A stretch of DNA of 64,000 nucleotides from a phage. Below, piece after piece: positions 11,790 to 22,586 of this stretch. The DNA is taken from the NCBI GenBank assembly GCA_012411765.1, contig GCA_012411765.1_3031.1; one strand, given 5' to 3'. Under the pieces are notes generated by a model, which searched no databases, had not been told where the DNA came from, and was given only the letters and a program-made list of their open reading frames with translations. Positions within the stretch are counted from its first letter, which is position 1; the number at the start of each line of letters is the position of its first letter. A program made the translations under genes and the position numbers.

Positions 11790-12470
11790 TTATTTTAATG
11801 TTACGAAAGAAGAGTTGCGTGTTTCACGAATTAAAACTGATCCGTCACGGTTAATGTAATAAATTAAGCTAAATAAAGTTTGGTGTGCTGACGCATGTTC
11901 AAAACTAGTTGGGTGAGATTTCCAATCAGGAGTTTCAGCAATCCATTGATAAATCCACCAAGGAACAGTGCAGAATCCTGGATTTTTTCCAATCAGCTGA
12001 AGATTCGGACTAAAGTTTTCCGGAAGAGTAAATACAGACGGCTTTTCAGATTCAATAATCTCAGCTACAGCCTGTTCGAATTTTTCTTCAACAAAAGGAG
12101 TATCTTCAATCAAAACATCGGTATTTTCAGGAATTTTATCCTTTTCTACTACTTCAATTTTAATGTCAGATTTAACCGGAGAATCAATCAGAAGTGCTGC
12201 CTCTGGATTGACTTCTTCATCGTCATATTTTAATCCGTCTGCAGCATCAGCAGCATCAATTAAGTCTTTAATAGATAACCCATCAGTCTCTGGCATAGGT
12301 TCACTAGCGAGCTTCTGGAGGGCTTCTTCAATATCATTAACGATATTATCAAAAGATTTATTCTTTTTGACCTTTATACCAAACTGTTCAGCATATTCAG
12401 CTAATTTAGCTTTAGCTTCTTTATTATCATCAAGAGCCTTCAGCTCTGCAATATAATCTTTATCTATCAT
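11790..12470 (-). CDS. inh: Inh, inhibitor of prohead protease gp21 (226 aa)
   Basis: 226 aa, position between hoc and uvsW as in T4. Confidence 0.8.
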   Translation of the reverse strand: MIDKDYIAELKALDDNKEAKAKLAEYAEQFGIKVKKNKSFDNIVNDIEEALQKLASEPMPETDGLSIKDLIDAADAADGLKYDDEEVNPEAALLIDSPVKSDIKIEVVEKDKIPENTDVLIEDTPFVEEKFEQAVAEIIESEKPSVFTLPENFSPNLQLIGKNPGFCTVPWWIYQWIAETPDWKSHPTSFEHASAHQTLFSLIYYINRDGSVLIRETRNSSFVTLK

Positions 12471-12483
12471 AATATTTCCTCAG

Positions 12484-12491
12484 TATAAATA
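12484..12491 (+). promoter_or_regulatory. Late promoter TATAAATA upstream of uvsW
   Basis: Exact octamer about 30 nt upstream of uvsW ATG. Confidence 0.55.
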
Positions 12492-12520
12492 TAGATATAT
12501 TTATTACATGGTATTTAGAC

Positions 12521-14032
12521 ATGACTGACATTAAAGTACATTTTTATGATTTTAGTCACGTGAGAATTGATTGTGAAGAAAGTACATTTCATGAACTCCG
12601 TGATTTCTTTAGCTTTGAAGCTGATGGGTATCGTTTTAATCCGAAGTACAAATATGGTCATTGGGATGGACGAATCCGTCTTTTAGATTATAATCGTCTT
12701 CTTCCATTCGGCTTAGTCGGGCAAATTAAAAAGTTCTGCGATAACTTTGGCTATAAAGCCTGGATTGACCCACAAATTAACGAAAAAGAAGAATTATCAA
12801 GAAAAGATTTTGATGAATGGCTTTCTAAATTAGAAATCTATTCAGGAAATAAAAGAATTGAACCACACTGGTATCAAAAGGATGCAGTGTTCGAAGGATT
12901 AGTTAATCGTCGTAGAATTCTTAATCTTCCAACATCCGCAGGTAAATCTTTAATTCAAGCTTTGCTTGCACGTTATTATTTGGAAAATTATGAAGGTAAA
13001 ATTCTTATCATTGTTCCAACAACTGCTCTGACAACTCAGATGGCTGATGACTTTGTTGACTATCGTTTATTCAGTCATGCAATGATAAAGAAAATCGGTG
13101 GTGGAGCATCAAAAGATGATAAATATAAAAATGATGCGCCAGTCGTTGTTGGTACATGGCAAACTGTAGTAAAACAGCCGAAAGAATGGTTCTCACAGTT
13201 TGGAATGATGATGAATGATGAATGCCATCTTGCTACAGGAAAAAGTATTTCATCTATCATATCAGGTTTAAATAACTGCATGTTCAAATTCGGTTTGTCT
13301 GGTTCATTACGCGATGGCAAAGCCAATATCATGCAGTATGTTGGAATGTTCGGTGAAATATTTAAGCCAGTAACGACCTCTAAATTAATGGAAGATGGAC
13401 AAGTAACTGAGCTAAAAATTAATAGTATTTTTCTTCGCTATCCCGATGAGTTCACTACTAAATTAAAGGGAAAAACTTATCAAGAAGAAATAAAAATTAT
13501 TACTGGGCTTAGTAAAAGAAATAAATGGATCGCTAAATTAGCTATTAAGCTTGCGCAAAAAGATGAAAACGCTTTTGTCATGTTTAAACATGTATCGCAT
13601 GGTAAAGCTATTTTCGATTTAATTAAAAATGAATACGATAAAGTTTATTACGTATCAGGGGAAGTTGATACCGAAACCCGCAATATAATGAAAACCTTAG
13701 CTGAAAATGGTAAAGGAATAATTATAGTAGCTAGTTATGGTGTATTTTCTACTGGTATTTCAGTTAAAAATCTGCATCACGTTGTTTTAGCGCACGGTGT
13801 TAAATCAAAAATCATTGTATTACAAACAATCGGTCGTGTATTACGTAAGCATGGTTCTAAAACAATCGCAACAGTCTGGGACCTCATAGATGATTGTGGC
13901 GTTAAGCCAAAATCTGCTAATACGAAAAAGAAATATGTTCATTTGAACTATCTTTTAAAACACGGCATTGATCGTATTCAGCGCTACGCAGATGAAAAAT
14001 TTAATTACGTAATGAAAACAGTTAATTTATAA
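12521..14032 (+). CDS. uvsW: UvsW RNA-DNA / DNA-DNA helicase (503 aa)
   Basis: SF2 helicase motifs (PTSAGKS Walker A, DECH box), 503 aa. Confidence 0.95.
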   Translation: MTDIKVHFYDFSHVRIDCEESTFHELRDFFSFEADGYRFNPKYKYGHWDGRIRLLDYNRLLPFGLVGQIKKFCDNFGYKAWIDPQINEKEELSRKDFDEWLSKLEIYSGNKRIEPHWYQKDAVFEGLVNRRRILNLPTSAGKSLIQALLARYYLENYEGKILIIVPTTALTTQMADDFVDYRLFSHAMIKKIGGGASKDDKYKNDAPVVVGTWQTVVKQPKEWFSQFGMMMNDECHLATGKSISSIISGLNNCMFKFGLSGSLRDGKANIMQYVGMFGEIFKPVTTSKLMEDGQVTELKINSIFLRYPDEFTTKLKGKTYQEEIKIITGLSKRNKWIAKLAIKLAQKDENAFVMFKHVSHGKAIFDLIKNEYDKVYYVSGEVDTETRNIMKTLAENGKGIIIVASYGVFSTGISVKNLHHVVLAHGVKSKIIVLQTIGRVLRKHGSKTIATVWDLIDDCGVKPKSANTKKKYVHLNYLLKHGIDRIQRYADEKFNYVMKTVNL

Positions 14033-14057
14033 GGGCTTCGGCCCTTTGGAGAAAAAG

Positions 14058-14288
14058 ATGTTACTAGAATTTAAACAATTTCTTTATGAAGCTTCTATTG
14101 ATGAATTTATGGGTAAAATTGCCTCTTGTCAAACATTAGAAGGTCTAGAAGAACTTGAAGCTTATTATAAGAAAAGAGTCAAAGAAACTGAATTAAAAGA
14201 TACTGATGACATCTCAGTCAGAGATGCTTTGGCAGGAAAAAGAGCTGAATTAGAAGATTCAGACGATGAAGTAGAAGAAAGCTTTTAA
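14058..14288 (+). CDS. uvsW.1: UvsW.1 small acidic protein (76 aa)
   Basis: Track ORF starts at TTG 14046; ATG 14058 preceded by GGAG. Confidence 0.7.
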   Translation: MLLEFKQFLYEASIDEFMGKIASCQTLEGLEELEAYYKKRVKETELKDTDDISVRDALAGKRAELEDSDDEVEESF

Positions 14289-14343
14289 ATTAAAAAAGGC
14301 CCAACCAAAAAGGAAGGGCCAAAACTATAGACTAAAGGTCACA

Positions 14344-14511
14344 CTATAGCAAAAGTTGTGTTTCATTTAATTGTTCTTCCGAACTTTCTGAAACTGGTAG
14401 TTCTTTAATGTAATTATAGCAAGGCCCAGGATGTACAGGACCTTTGTCTGTTTCAACAACCAATGCAGAATCGATTGGAGTTTTACAGACAACACAAATC
14501 TTATCTGACAT
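14344..14511 (-). CDS. Small Cys-containing protein (55 aa), T4 uvsY.-1 position; not in ORF track (<60 aa)
   Basis: Hand translation MSDKICVVCKTPIDSALVVETDKGPVHPGPCYNY...; fills gap between uvsW.1 and uvsY.-2. Confidence 0.45.
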   Translation of the reverse strand: MSDKICVVCKTPIDSALVVETDKGPVHPGPCYNYIKELPVSESSEEQLNETQLLL

Positions 14512-14539
14512 GATTGTCTCCTCTGAATTATATATCTAT

Positions 14540-14764
14540 TTATACAACTCTCATATGCATATCAATGCCCATATCTTTAGAATAAAAATATTCATCAAGA
14601 TATCCGGCAAATTTTCCTTTAATATAAAGGACATCTTCACCACACGGGTGGTCGGCCAGGATACGAATATCCTGACGCTTAAGATTATACTTTTTCATTA
14701 AGAATTGAATTTCCGTTTCGAATTCTTCTTCATAATTAAAAGCATCATCAATGCTATATCTCAT
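14540..14764 (-). CDS. uvsY.-2: Hypothetical protein (T4 uvsY.-2 position)
   Basis: ATG start, stop overlaps uvsY start (ATGA). Confidence 0.6.
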   Translation of the reverse strand: MRYSIDDAFNYEEEFETEIQFLMKKYNLKRQDIRILADHPCGEDVLYIKGKFAGYLDEYFYSKDMGIDMHMRVV

Positions 14765-15177
14765 TATTTTCCAGCCTCAAATGCTCGCATGTCTTGAATA
14801 TGCTTAATAGCAAATCCGCGTGATTTGATAGCATCAAGAGCTCCGCTACAGAAATCCAATAAAATCCCCCAATACTGTAACGAGGTATCAACCTTTAAAA
14901 CATCCTTATCAGCTGATAGAACTGTCTTCATTTCTGATTTCTCGTAACGATCCATACTAAATTCATCACCATCTCCTCGTCCCGAATAGTAGTCTAATTT
15001 AGCTTTAAGAGCAACTTTTTTCTGTGCATCAATTCTAAGCATTTCCTTTTTAATACTTGAATGCTTATTAAGCCATTTACTATATAACATCACATTATTA
15101 GCTGCTTCATACTGCAATTTAGTCGAATCTATAAACACATCTTTCTTCAATTCTTCTTGAAGATCTTCTAATCTCAT
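14764..15177 (-). CDS. uvsY: UvsY recombination mediator protein (137 aa)
   Basis: 137 aa, MRLEDLQEELKKDVFIDSTKLQYEAANN matches T4 UvsY. Confidence 0.95.
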   Translation of the reverse strand: MRLEDLQEELKKDVFIDSTKLQYEAANNVMLYSKWLNKHSSIKKEMLRIDAQKKVALKAKLDYYSGRGDGDEFSMDRYEKSEMKTVLSADKDVLKVDTSLQYWGILLDFCSGALDAIKSRGFAIKHIQDMRAFEAGK

Positions 15178-15217
15178 ATTGTTCTCTATTCAATTGTTAT
15201 TGGATGGACTTAGATTC

Positions 15218-15245
15218 ATTATACCACGTTTTAACGTGAAGCATT
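15218..15245 (-). promoter_or_regulatory. MotA-dependent middle promoter upstream of uvsY (MotA box AATGCTTCA, 13 nt spacer, TATAAT)
   Basis: Minus-sense reads AATGCTTCA-N13-TATAAT about 40 nt upstream of uvsY ATG. Confidence 0.65.
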
Positions 15246-15642
15246 ATACTCTATTACTAGAAGCCAGTTGTAGTTTTATCTGCTCAATATCATCAGGGTT
15301 ATCGATGACCGAAAAGCGTATTTCTACTATTAGAGTATAATCATCATAAACGGGTATCACATTAACTGATAATTTATCAATACGTGGTTCATAGTTTCTT
15401 ACTGCGCTTTCAATATTGCGCTCAACTGTATCAGCAGTAAGAGGAGTCATATTTTCAAAAAGCTGGTCTGATAAATCACATCCAAATTCAGGGTCAAACG
15501 GTCTTGAACCTTTTCTTGTTGTAATAATTCCCAAAAGACTGTTTTTAATTGACCTTAATCCAAGTGATCTGGAAACATCTTTGTTCCAATCCATTTTCAT
15601 TTCCGGGTCAATGTCAGAATAAAGCTTATTAATATTTGACAT
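15244..15642 (-). CDS. 25: Baseplate wedge protein gp25 (132 aa)
   Basis: 132 aa; matches T4 gp25. Confidence 0.93.
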   Translation of the reverse strand: MSNINKLYSDIDPEMKMDWNKDVSRSLGLRSIKNSLLGIITTRKGSRPFDPEFGCDLSDQLFENMTPLTADTVERNIESAVRNYEPRIDKLSVNVIPVYDDYTLIVEIRFSVIDNPDDIEQIKLQLASSNRV

Positions 15643-16268
15643 TATAGTAACTCAAAGAACTCTTTGAGGCCTCTTATTACGTGAGCATGGGTTTTTCCAC
15701 ACTCTGGACACTTAATTGGAACAGCCAAATAAACAGTAGGCTTTAAAAGCATATCTTTTATAGCTACAATATCTGACTCTGTGATGATAGAATATAAATC
15801 TTCCAGTTCTTTTTCATTTAAGTCTTCAACTGGAATGCTTTCCCCGTTAGCATGAATCGTTTCTATGCATGATACTATCATGTGGGCTATATTTTTATCA
15901 TCAAAAATTTTAGGGTATCGGAATTTAATTTTAATGTCACCCAGTGTATACCAGAGGTCTTCTGGTGCATCTATTTGTGTATGTAATAGATTTATATGGG
16001 TTGGTATTTCAGTTCCACAGATGCACTTCCAGGAGTTTTCGTGATTAACTTCGCCGAGAGAATGTGCCCATAAATGAATCAACAATAGTTCTGATTCTTG
16101 GCGGTTTAAATCTTTTGCATTTGTGCAGTCTTTGATTAGCTTTTTAACAATTACTTCTACAGAACCATTATTTTTGGCAGTAATAAGTTCTAGATATTCT
16201 TTAAGCGTGAATGCGCGACAATTGATTATTTTAGAACCAACTCTCACGTCAAATTTATATTCATACAT
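15642..16268 (-). CDS. 26: Baseplate hub subunit gp26 (208 aa)
   Basis: 208 aa; position between 25 and 51. Confidence 0.88.
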   Translation of the reverse strand: MYEYKFDVRVGSKIINCRAFTLKEYLELITAKNNGSVEVIVKKLIKDCTNAKDLNRQESELLLIHLWAHSLGEVNHENSWKCICGTEIPTHINLLHTQIDAPEDLWYTLGDIKIKFRYPKIFDDKNIAHMIVSCIETIHANGESIPVEDLNEKELEDLYSIITESDIVAIKDMLLKPTVYLAVPIKCPECGKTHAHVIRGLKEFFELL

Positions 16269-16289
16269 ATTTAGCTCCTTTATTTATCA

Positions 16290-16301
16290 TATTTATAAAT
16301 A
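16290..16301. promoter_or_regulatory. Overlapping divergent late promoters (TATAAATA on both strands) for gp26 and gp51
   Basis: catATTTATAAATAg contains TATAAATA at 16294-16301 (+) and its complement at 16290-16297 (-). Confidence 0.6.
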
Positions 16302-16318
16302 GAATAAAAGGAGCATCT

Positions 16319-17068
16319 ATGGCAAACATTATTCGTTGTAAATTACCAGATGGTGTTCATCGTTTTAAACCATTTACGGTAGAAGATTATCGAGATTTTT
16401 TGTTAGTTCGAAACGATATAGAACATCGGTCACCACAAGAACAAAAAGAAATAATTGCTGATTTAATTGCTGATTATTTTGGAGACTATCCGAAGACTTG
16501 GCAACCATTTATATTTTTGCAGGTATTTGTAGGGTCAATAGGTAAAACAAAAGTACCAGTCACATTCGTATGTCCAAAATGTAAAAAAGAAAAGACAGTT
16601 CCATTTGAAATATACCAAAAAGAATTAAAGGAGCCTGTTTTTGATGTAGCTAATGTTAAAATTAAATTAAAGTTTCCTTCTGAGTTTTATGAAAATAAAG
16701 CAAAGATGATTACTGAAAATATTCATTCTGTTCAAGTAGATGAAATATGGTATGATTGGAAGGAAATTAGCGAATCAAGTCAAATAGAACTTGTTGACGC
16801 CATCGAGATAGAAACATTAGAAAAAATTCTCGATGCAATGAATCCTATTAATTTAACTCTACATATGTCATGCTGTAATAAGTACATTAAAAAATACACT
16901 GATATAGTAGACGTGTTTAAGCTATTAGTTAACCCAGATGAGATATTTACTTTTTATCAAATTAATCACACACTCGTAAAAAGTAATTATAGCTTAAATT
17001 CAATAATGAAAATGATTCCTGCTGAGCGCGGATTCGTATTAAAACTGATTGAGAAGGATAAACAATAA
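16319..17068 (+). CDS. 51: Baseplate hub assembly catalyst gp51 (249 aa)
   Basis: 249 aa, order 26-51-27. Confidence 0.88.
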   Translation: MANIIRCKLPDGVHRFKPFTVEDYRDFLLVRNDIEHRSPQEQKEIIADLIADYFGDYPKTWQPFIFLQVFVGSIGKTKVPVTFVCPKCKKEKTVPFEIYQKELKEPVFDVANVKIKLKFPSEFYENKAKMITENIHSVQVDEIWYDWKEISESSQIELVDAIEIETLEKILDAMNPINLTLHMSCCNKYIKKYTDIVDVFKLLVNPDEIFTFYQINHTLVKSNYSLNSIMKMIPAERGFVLKLIEKDKQ

Positions 17069-18240
17069 TGAGTATGTTGCAACGCCCCGGATATCCAAAT
17101 CTCAGCGTTAAATTATTTGATAGCTACGACGCTTGGAGTAATAATAGATTTGTTGAATTAGCTGCTACTATTACCACATTAACTATGCGGGATTCTCTTT
17201 ATGGACGAAATGAAGGAATGCTGCAGTTTTATGATTCTAAAAACATCCATACAAAAATGGATGGAAATGAAATAATTCAGATTTCTGTAGCTAATGCAAA
17301 TGATATTAATAATGTTAAAACACGAATTTATGGATGTAAGCATTTTTCCGTGTCAGTAGATTCAAAAGGTGATAACATCATTGCTATTGAATTGGGAACT
17401 ATTCATTCTATAGAAAATCTTAAATTTGGTAGACCATTTTTCCCTGATGCAGGTGAATCTATAAAAGAAATGCTTGGTGTCATTTATCAGGATCGCACAT
17501 TATTAACTCCAGCAATAAATGCTATAAATGCTTATGTTCCTGATATTCCATGGACTAGCACATTTGAAAACTATTTGTCATATGTAAGAGAAGTTGCTCT
17601 AGCTGTAGGAAGTGACAAATTTGTATTTGTATGGCAAGACATCATGGGAGTTAACATGATGGACTATGATATGATGATAAATCAAGAACCATATCCAATG
17701 ATTGTCGGTGAACCATCTTTAATAGGTCAATTCATCCAAGAATTAAAATATCCATTAGCATATGATTTCGTTTGGTTGACTAAATCGAATCCTCACAAAC
17801 GTGACCCAATGAAAAATGCTACTATCTATGCTCATTCATTTTTAGATTCTTCACTGCCAATGATTACTACGGGAAAGGGCGAAAACTCTATTGTAGTGTC
17901 AAGGTCAGGTGCTTATTCTGAAATGACTTATAGGAATGGATATGAAGAAGCTATTCGTCTTCAAACTATGGCACAATATGACGGTTATGCTAAATGTTCT
18001 ACTGTCGGTAATTTTAACTTGACTCCTGGTGTTAAAATTATTTTTAATGATAGTAAAAACCAATTTAAAACAGAATTTTACGTTGATGAAGTTATCCATG
18101 AATTATCCAATAATAATTCAGTAACTCATCTATATATGTTCACTAATGCAACGAAACTGGAAACAATAGACCCAGTTAAGGTTAAAAATGAATTTAAATC
18201 TGATACTACCACTGAAGAAAGTAGTTCTTCCAATAAGTAA
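17068..18240 (+). CDS. 27: Baseplate hub subunit gp27 (390 aa)
   Basis: Length and order as T4 gp27. Confidence 0.93.
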   Translation: MSMLQRPGYPNLSVKLFDSYDAWSNNRFVELAATITTLTMRDSLYGRNEGMLQFYDSKNIHTKMDGNEIIQISVANANDINNVKTRIYGCKHFSVSVDSKGDNIIAIELGTIHSIENLKFGRPFFPDAGESIKEMLGVIYQDRTLLTPAINAINAYVPDIPWTSTFENYLSYVREVALAVGSDKFVFVWQDIMGVNMMDYDMMINQEPYPMIVGEPSLIGQFIQELKYPLAYDFVWLTKSNPHKRDPMKNATIYAHSFLDSSLPMITTGKGENSIVVSRSGAYSEMTYRNGYEEAIRLQTMAQYDGYAKCSTVGNFNLTPGVKIIFNDSKNQFKTEFYVDEVIHELSNNNSVTHLYMFTNATKLETIDPVKVKNEFKSDTTTEESSSSNK

Positions 18241-18721
18241 TAAAGAAGTTTCTATTCCTAAAATGGGTCTTAAACATTATAACATTTTAAAAGATGTTAA
18301 AGGCCCTGATGAAAATTTAAAACTTCTTATTGATTCTATTTGTCCGAATTTATCACCGGCAGAAGTTGATTTCGTTTCTATTCATTTATTGGAATTTAAT
18401 GGAAAGATTAAATCTCGTAAAGAAACAGATGGCTATACTTATGACATTAATGATGTCTATGTATGCCAAAGATTAGAATTTCAATACCAAGGAAATACAT
18501 TTTATTTTAGACCTCCTGGAAAATTTGAACAATTTTTAACGGTGAGCGATATGTTATCTAAATGCTTGCTTAAGGTCAATGATGAAGTTAAAGAAATTAA
18601 TTTTCTTGAGATGCCAGCATTCGTTTTAAAATGGGCAAATGATATTTTTACAACTTTAGCAATTCCTGGCCCTAATGGTCCAATAACTGGAATTGGCAAT
18701 ATTATTGGATTATTTGAATGA
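18188..18721 (+). CDS. 28: Baseplate hub distal subunit gp28 (177 aa); 5' end overlaps gp27 by ~53 nt
   Basis: 177 aa; out-of-frame overlap with gp27 3' end. Confidence 0.88.
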   Translation: MNLNLILPLKKVVLPISNKEVSIPKMGLKHYNILKDVKGPDENLKLLIDSICPNLSPAEVDFVSIHLLEFNGKIKSRKETDGYTYDINDVYVCQRLEFQYQGNTFYFRPPGKFEQFLTVSDMLSKCLLKVNDEVKEINFLEMPAFVLKWANDIFTTLAIPGPNGPITGIGNIIGLFE

Positions 18722-20490
18722 AAAAGCCACAAGAAATGCAAACGATGCGTAGAAAAGTTATTTCAGATAATAAACCAACACAGGAAGCGGCTAAATCCGC
18801 TTCCAACACTTTATCTGGGCTTAATGACATTTCTACGAAATTGGATGATGCTCAAGCTGCTTCTGAATTAATAGCTCAAACTGTCGAAGAAAAATCGAAT
18901 GAAATAATTGGAGCAATTGATAACGTAGAAAGCGCAGTGAGTGATACTACTGCCGGTTCTGAGTTAATTGCTGAAACTGTCGAAATTGGCAACAATATTA
19001 ATAAAGAAATTGGTGAATCACTCGGAAGCAAATTAGATAAATTAACGAGTTTATTAGAACAAAAAATTCAGACAGCTGGAATTCAACAGACTGGGACTAG
19101 TTTAGCCACGGTTGAAAGCGCTATTCCGGTTAAAGTCGTTGAGGATGATACTGCTGAATCTGTGGGTCCTTTATTACCAGCTCCTGAAGCAGTTAATAAT
19201 GATCCTGACGCTGATTTTTTCCCTACCCCTCAGCCAGTTGAACCCAAACAAGAATCACCAGAAGAAAAACAGAAAAAAGAAGCATTTAACTTAAAATTAT
19301 CTCAAGCTTTAGATAAATTAACAAAGACTGTTGATTTTGGATTTAAAAAATCCATTTCAATTACTGATAAAATATCAAGCATGCTATTTAAGTATACCGT
19401 CAGTGCTGCTATTGAAGCCGCTAAAATGACTGCAATGATATTGGCTGTTGTTGTTGGAATAGACCTTTTGATGGTTCACTTTAAATACTGGTCAGATAAA
19501 TTTTCAAAAGCCTGGGATTTATATGATACTAACTTTAATAAATTTTCTACCGAAACCGGAACATGGGGTCCTTTATTACAGAGCATCTTTGATTCTATTG
19601 ATAAAATTAAACAACTTTGGGAAGCGGGAGATTGGGGTGGATTGACAGCAGCTATTGTTGAAGGACTCGGAAGTGTTCTTTTTAATTTAGGTGAACTTAT
19701 TCAATTAGGTATGGCTAAATTATCTGCAGCAATTCTTCGAGTCATTCCTGGTATGAAGGATACTGCTGATGAAGTAGAAGGAAGAGCATTAGAAAATTTC
19801 CAAAATTCTACTGGAGCATCTCTCAATAAAGAAGACCAGGAAAAAGTTGCAAATTATCAAGATAAACGAATGAACGGAGACCTTGGTCCGATAGCAAAAG
19901 GATTAGATAAAATTGCTAATTGGAAAACTCGTGCATCTAATTGGATTCGTGGGGTTGATAATAAAGAAGCACTAACTACCGACGAAGAACGTGCAGCAGA
20001 AGAAGAAAAATTAAAGCAACTTTCACCTGAAGAAAGAAAAAATGCTTTAATGAAGGCTAATGAAGCCCGTGCCGCAATGATTCGCTTTGAAAAATATGCC
20101 GATTCAGCTGATATGAGTAAAGACTCAACGGTTAAATCAGTTGAAGCTGCCTATGAAGACCTTAAAAAACGGATGGATGACCCGGATTTAAATAATTCAC
20201 CGGCAGTTAAAAAAGAACTTGCTGCTAGATTTTCTAAAATTGATGCTACTTATCAAGAGCTCAAGAAAAATCAGCCTAATGCCAAACCTGAAACTTCTGC
20301 TAAATCGCCAGAAGCAAAACAAGTCCAGGTAATAGAAAAGAACAAAGCACAGCAAGCTCCTGTTCAACAAGCATCTCCTTCAATCAACAATACTAATAAT
20401 GTTATTAAGAAAAATACTGTCGTTCATAATATGACACCTGTCACAAGCACAACTGCTCCTGGTGTATTTGATGCGACTGGGGTTAATTAA
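18718..20490 (+). CDS. 29: Baseplate hub / tail length determining protein gp29 (590 aa)
   Basis: 590 aa, internal hydrophobic segment; start overlaps gp28 stop (ATGA). Confidence 0.93.
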   Translation: MKKPQEMQTMRRKVISDNKPTQEAAKSASNTLSGLNDISTKLDDAQAASELIAQTVEEKSNEIIGAIDNVESAVSDTTAGSELIAETVEIGNNINKEIGESLGSKLDKLTSLLEQKIQTAGIQQTGTSLATVESAIPVKVVEDDTAESVGPLLPAPEAVNNDPDADFFPTPQPVEPKQESPEEKQKKEAFNLKLSQALDKLTKTVDFGFKKSISITDKISSMLFKYTVSAAIEAAKMTAMILAVVVGIDLLMVHFKYWSDKFSKAWDLYDTNFNKFSTETGTWGPLLQSIFDSIDKIKQLWEAGDWGGLTAAIVEGLGSVLFNLGELIQLGMAKLSAAILRVIPGMKDTADEVEGRALENFQNSTGASLNKEDQEKVANYQDKRMNGDLGPIAKGLDKIANWKTRASNWIRGVDNKEALTTDEERAAEEEKLKQLSPEERKNALMKANEARAAMIRFEKYADSADMSKDSTVKSVEAAYEDLKKRMDDPDLNNSPAVKKELAARFSKIDATYQELKKNQPNAKPETSAKSPEAKQVQVIEKNKAQQAPVQQASPSINNTNNVIKKNTVVHNMTPVTSTTAPGVFDATGVN

Positions 20491-20498
20491 GGAATAAT

Positions 20499-21593
20499 AT
20501 GGCAATTGTTAAAGAAATAACTGCTGATTTAATTAAAAAGTCCGGTGAGAAAATTTCAGCCGGACAGAGTACTAAATCAGAAGTAGGAACTAAAACATAC
20601 ACAGCCCAGTTTCCAACTGGGCGTGCTAGTGGTAATGACACTACAGGGGACTTCCAGGTAACAGATCTATATAAGAATGGATTATTATTTACTGCATACA
20701 ATATGTCATCTAGGGATTCTGGAAGTCTTAGATCGATGAGATCTAACTACTCTTCTTCATCTTCGAGTATTTTACGTACAGCCAGAAACACTATCAGTAA
20801 TACAGTATCAAAACTGTCAAATGGATTAATATCAGATAATAATTCAGGAACAATAAGTAAAGCCCCTGTTGCAAATATTCTTTTACCAAGATCTAAATCC
20901 GATGTTGATACATCATCACATAGATTTAATGATGTTCAAGAAAGTCTTATCAGCAGAGGCGGAGGTACTGCTACTGGTGTGCTAAGTAATATTGCTTCAA
21001 CTGCAGTATTTGGAGCACTGGAAAGTATAACACAAGGTATAATGGCTGATAATAATGAACAAATATACACTACGGCTCGAAGTATGTATGGTGGTGCTGA
21101 AAATAGAACTAAAGTGTTTACTTGGGATTTGACTCCACGTTCAACAGAAGATTTAATGGCTATTATTAATATCTATCAATATTTTAACTATTTTTCTTAT
21201 GGTGAAACTGGTAAATCTCAATATGCTGCTGAAATAAAGGGGTATTTAGATGATTGGTATCGTTCTACGTTAATTGAACCTTTATCTCCGGAAGACGCAG
21301 CTAAAAATAAAACACTATTTGAGAAAATGACATCGAGTTTAACTAACGTTCTAGTAGTTTCAAACCCGACAATTTGGATGGTGAAAAACTTTGGTGCAAC
21401 ATCTAAGTTTGATGGAAAAACGGAAATATTTGGCCCATGCCAAATACAAAGCATCAGATTTGATAAAACACCTAATGGTAACTTTAACGGATTAGCTATT
21501 GCTCCAAACCTCCCTAGTACATTTACTCTTGAGATTACTATGAGAGAAATTATCACGTTAAACCGTGCTTCTTTATATGCGGGGACTTTTTAA
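20499..21593 (+). CDS. 48: Baseplate tail-tube junction protein gp48 (364 aa)
   Basis: 364 aa; order 29-48-54. Confidence 0.93.
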   Translation: MAIVKEITADLIKKSGEKISAGQSTKSEVGTKTYTAQFPTGRASGNDTTGDFQVTDLYKNGLLFTAYNMSSRDSGSLRSMRSNYSSSSSSILRTARNTISNTVSKLSNGLISDNNSGTISKAPVANILLPRSKSDVDTSSHRFNDVQESLISRGGGTATGVLSNIASTAVFGALESITQGIMADNNEQIYTTARSMYGGAENRTKVFTWDLTPRSTEDLMAIINIYQYFNYFSYGETGKSQYAAEIKGYLDDWYRSTLIEPLSPEDAAKNKTLFEKMTSSLTNVLVVSNPTIWMVKNFGATSKFDGKTEIFGPCQIQSIRFDKTPNGNFNGLAIAPNLPSTFTLEITMREIITLNRASLYAGTF

Positions 21594-22558
21594 TGTATTC
21601 TTTAGAGGAATTTAATAATCAAGCAATAAACGCAGATTTCCAACGTAATAATATGTTTAGCTGCGTTTTTGCGACAACTCCATCAACTAAAAGCTCTTCG
21701 TTGATAAGTTCAATTAGCAACTTTTCTTATAATAACTTGGGCCTAAATTCAGATTGGTTAGGATTGACTCAAGGTGATATTAATCAGGGAATTACCACGC
21801 TAATTACTGCTGGCACACAAAAACTGATAAGAAAATCAGGGGTTAGTAAATATCTTATTGGTGCCATGAGTCAACGTACAGTTCAAAGTTTATTAGGCTC
21901 ATTTACAGTTGGTACATATTTAATTGACTTCTTTAACATGGCATATAACTCATCTGGATTGATGATATACTCTGTAAAAATGCCAGAGAATAGATTATCC
22001 TATGAAACTGACTGGAACTATAATTCTCCTAATATTCGTATAACTGGGAGAGAATTAGACCCTTTGGTTATTTCATTTAGAATGGATTCAGAAGCTTGTA
22101 ACTATCGTGCAATGCAAGACTGGGTTAACTCCGTTCAAGACCCAGTAACTGGATTACGCGCTTTGCCACAGGATGTCGAGGCAGATATTCAGGTTAATCT
22201 TCATTCTCGTAATGGATTGCCTCATACTGCGGTGATGTTCACTGGATGCATTCCAATATCAGTGAGCGCTCCTGAGTTATCATATGATGGAGATAACCAA
22301 ATAACTACATTTGATGTTACTTTTGCGTACAGAGTGATGCAGGCTGGAGCGGTTGATAGGCAAGCTGCGCTTGAATGGCTTGAATCTGCTGCTATAAATG
22401 GTATTCAAAGCGTTCTCGGAAATAGTGGAGGTGTTACTGGACTATCTAATTCGCTTTCACGACTTAGTAGATTAGGAGGGACTGCTGGAAGCATTTCAAA
22501 CATTAATACTATGACAGGAATTGTTAATTCGCAGAGTAAAATATTAGGAGCAATATAA
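21593..22558 (+). CDS. 54: Baseplate tail-tube initiator gp54 (321 aa)
   Basis: Length/order; stop followed by strong hairpin. Confidence 0.93.
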   Translation: MYSLEEFNNQAINADFQRNNMFSCVFATTPSTKSSSLISSISNFSYNNLGLNSDWLGLTQGDINQGITTLITAGTQKLIRKSGVSKYLIGAMSQRTVQSLLGSFTVGTYLIDFFNMAYNSSGLMIYSVKMPENRLSYETDWNYNSPNIRITGRELDPLVISFRMDSEACNYRAMQDWVNSVQDPVTGLRALPQDVEADIQVNLHSRNGLPHTAVMFTGCIPISVSAPELSYDGDNQITTFDVTFAYRVMQAGAVDRQAALEWLESAAINGIQSVLGNSGGVTGLSNSLSRLSRLGGTAGSISNINTMTGIVNSQSKILGAI

Positions 22559-22562
22559 CAAT

Positions 22563-22586
22563 GGGGACCTTTCGGTCCCCATATTT
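22563..22586. terminator. Bidirectional intrinsic terminator hairpin between gp54 (+) and the downstream minus-strand ORF
   Basis: GGGGACC-TTTC-GGTCCCC followed by T-run. Confidence 0.65.

Noticed and set aside
14444-14701. Plus-strand 85-aa ORF (TTG start) between uvsW.1 and uvsY
   Set aside because: Overlaps two better-supported minus-strand ORFs; low-complexity, no ribosome-binding site.
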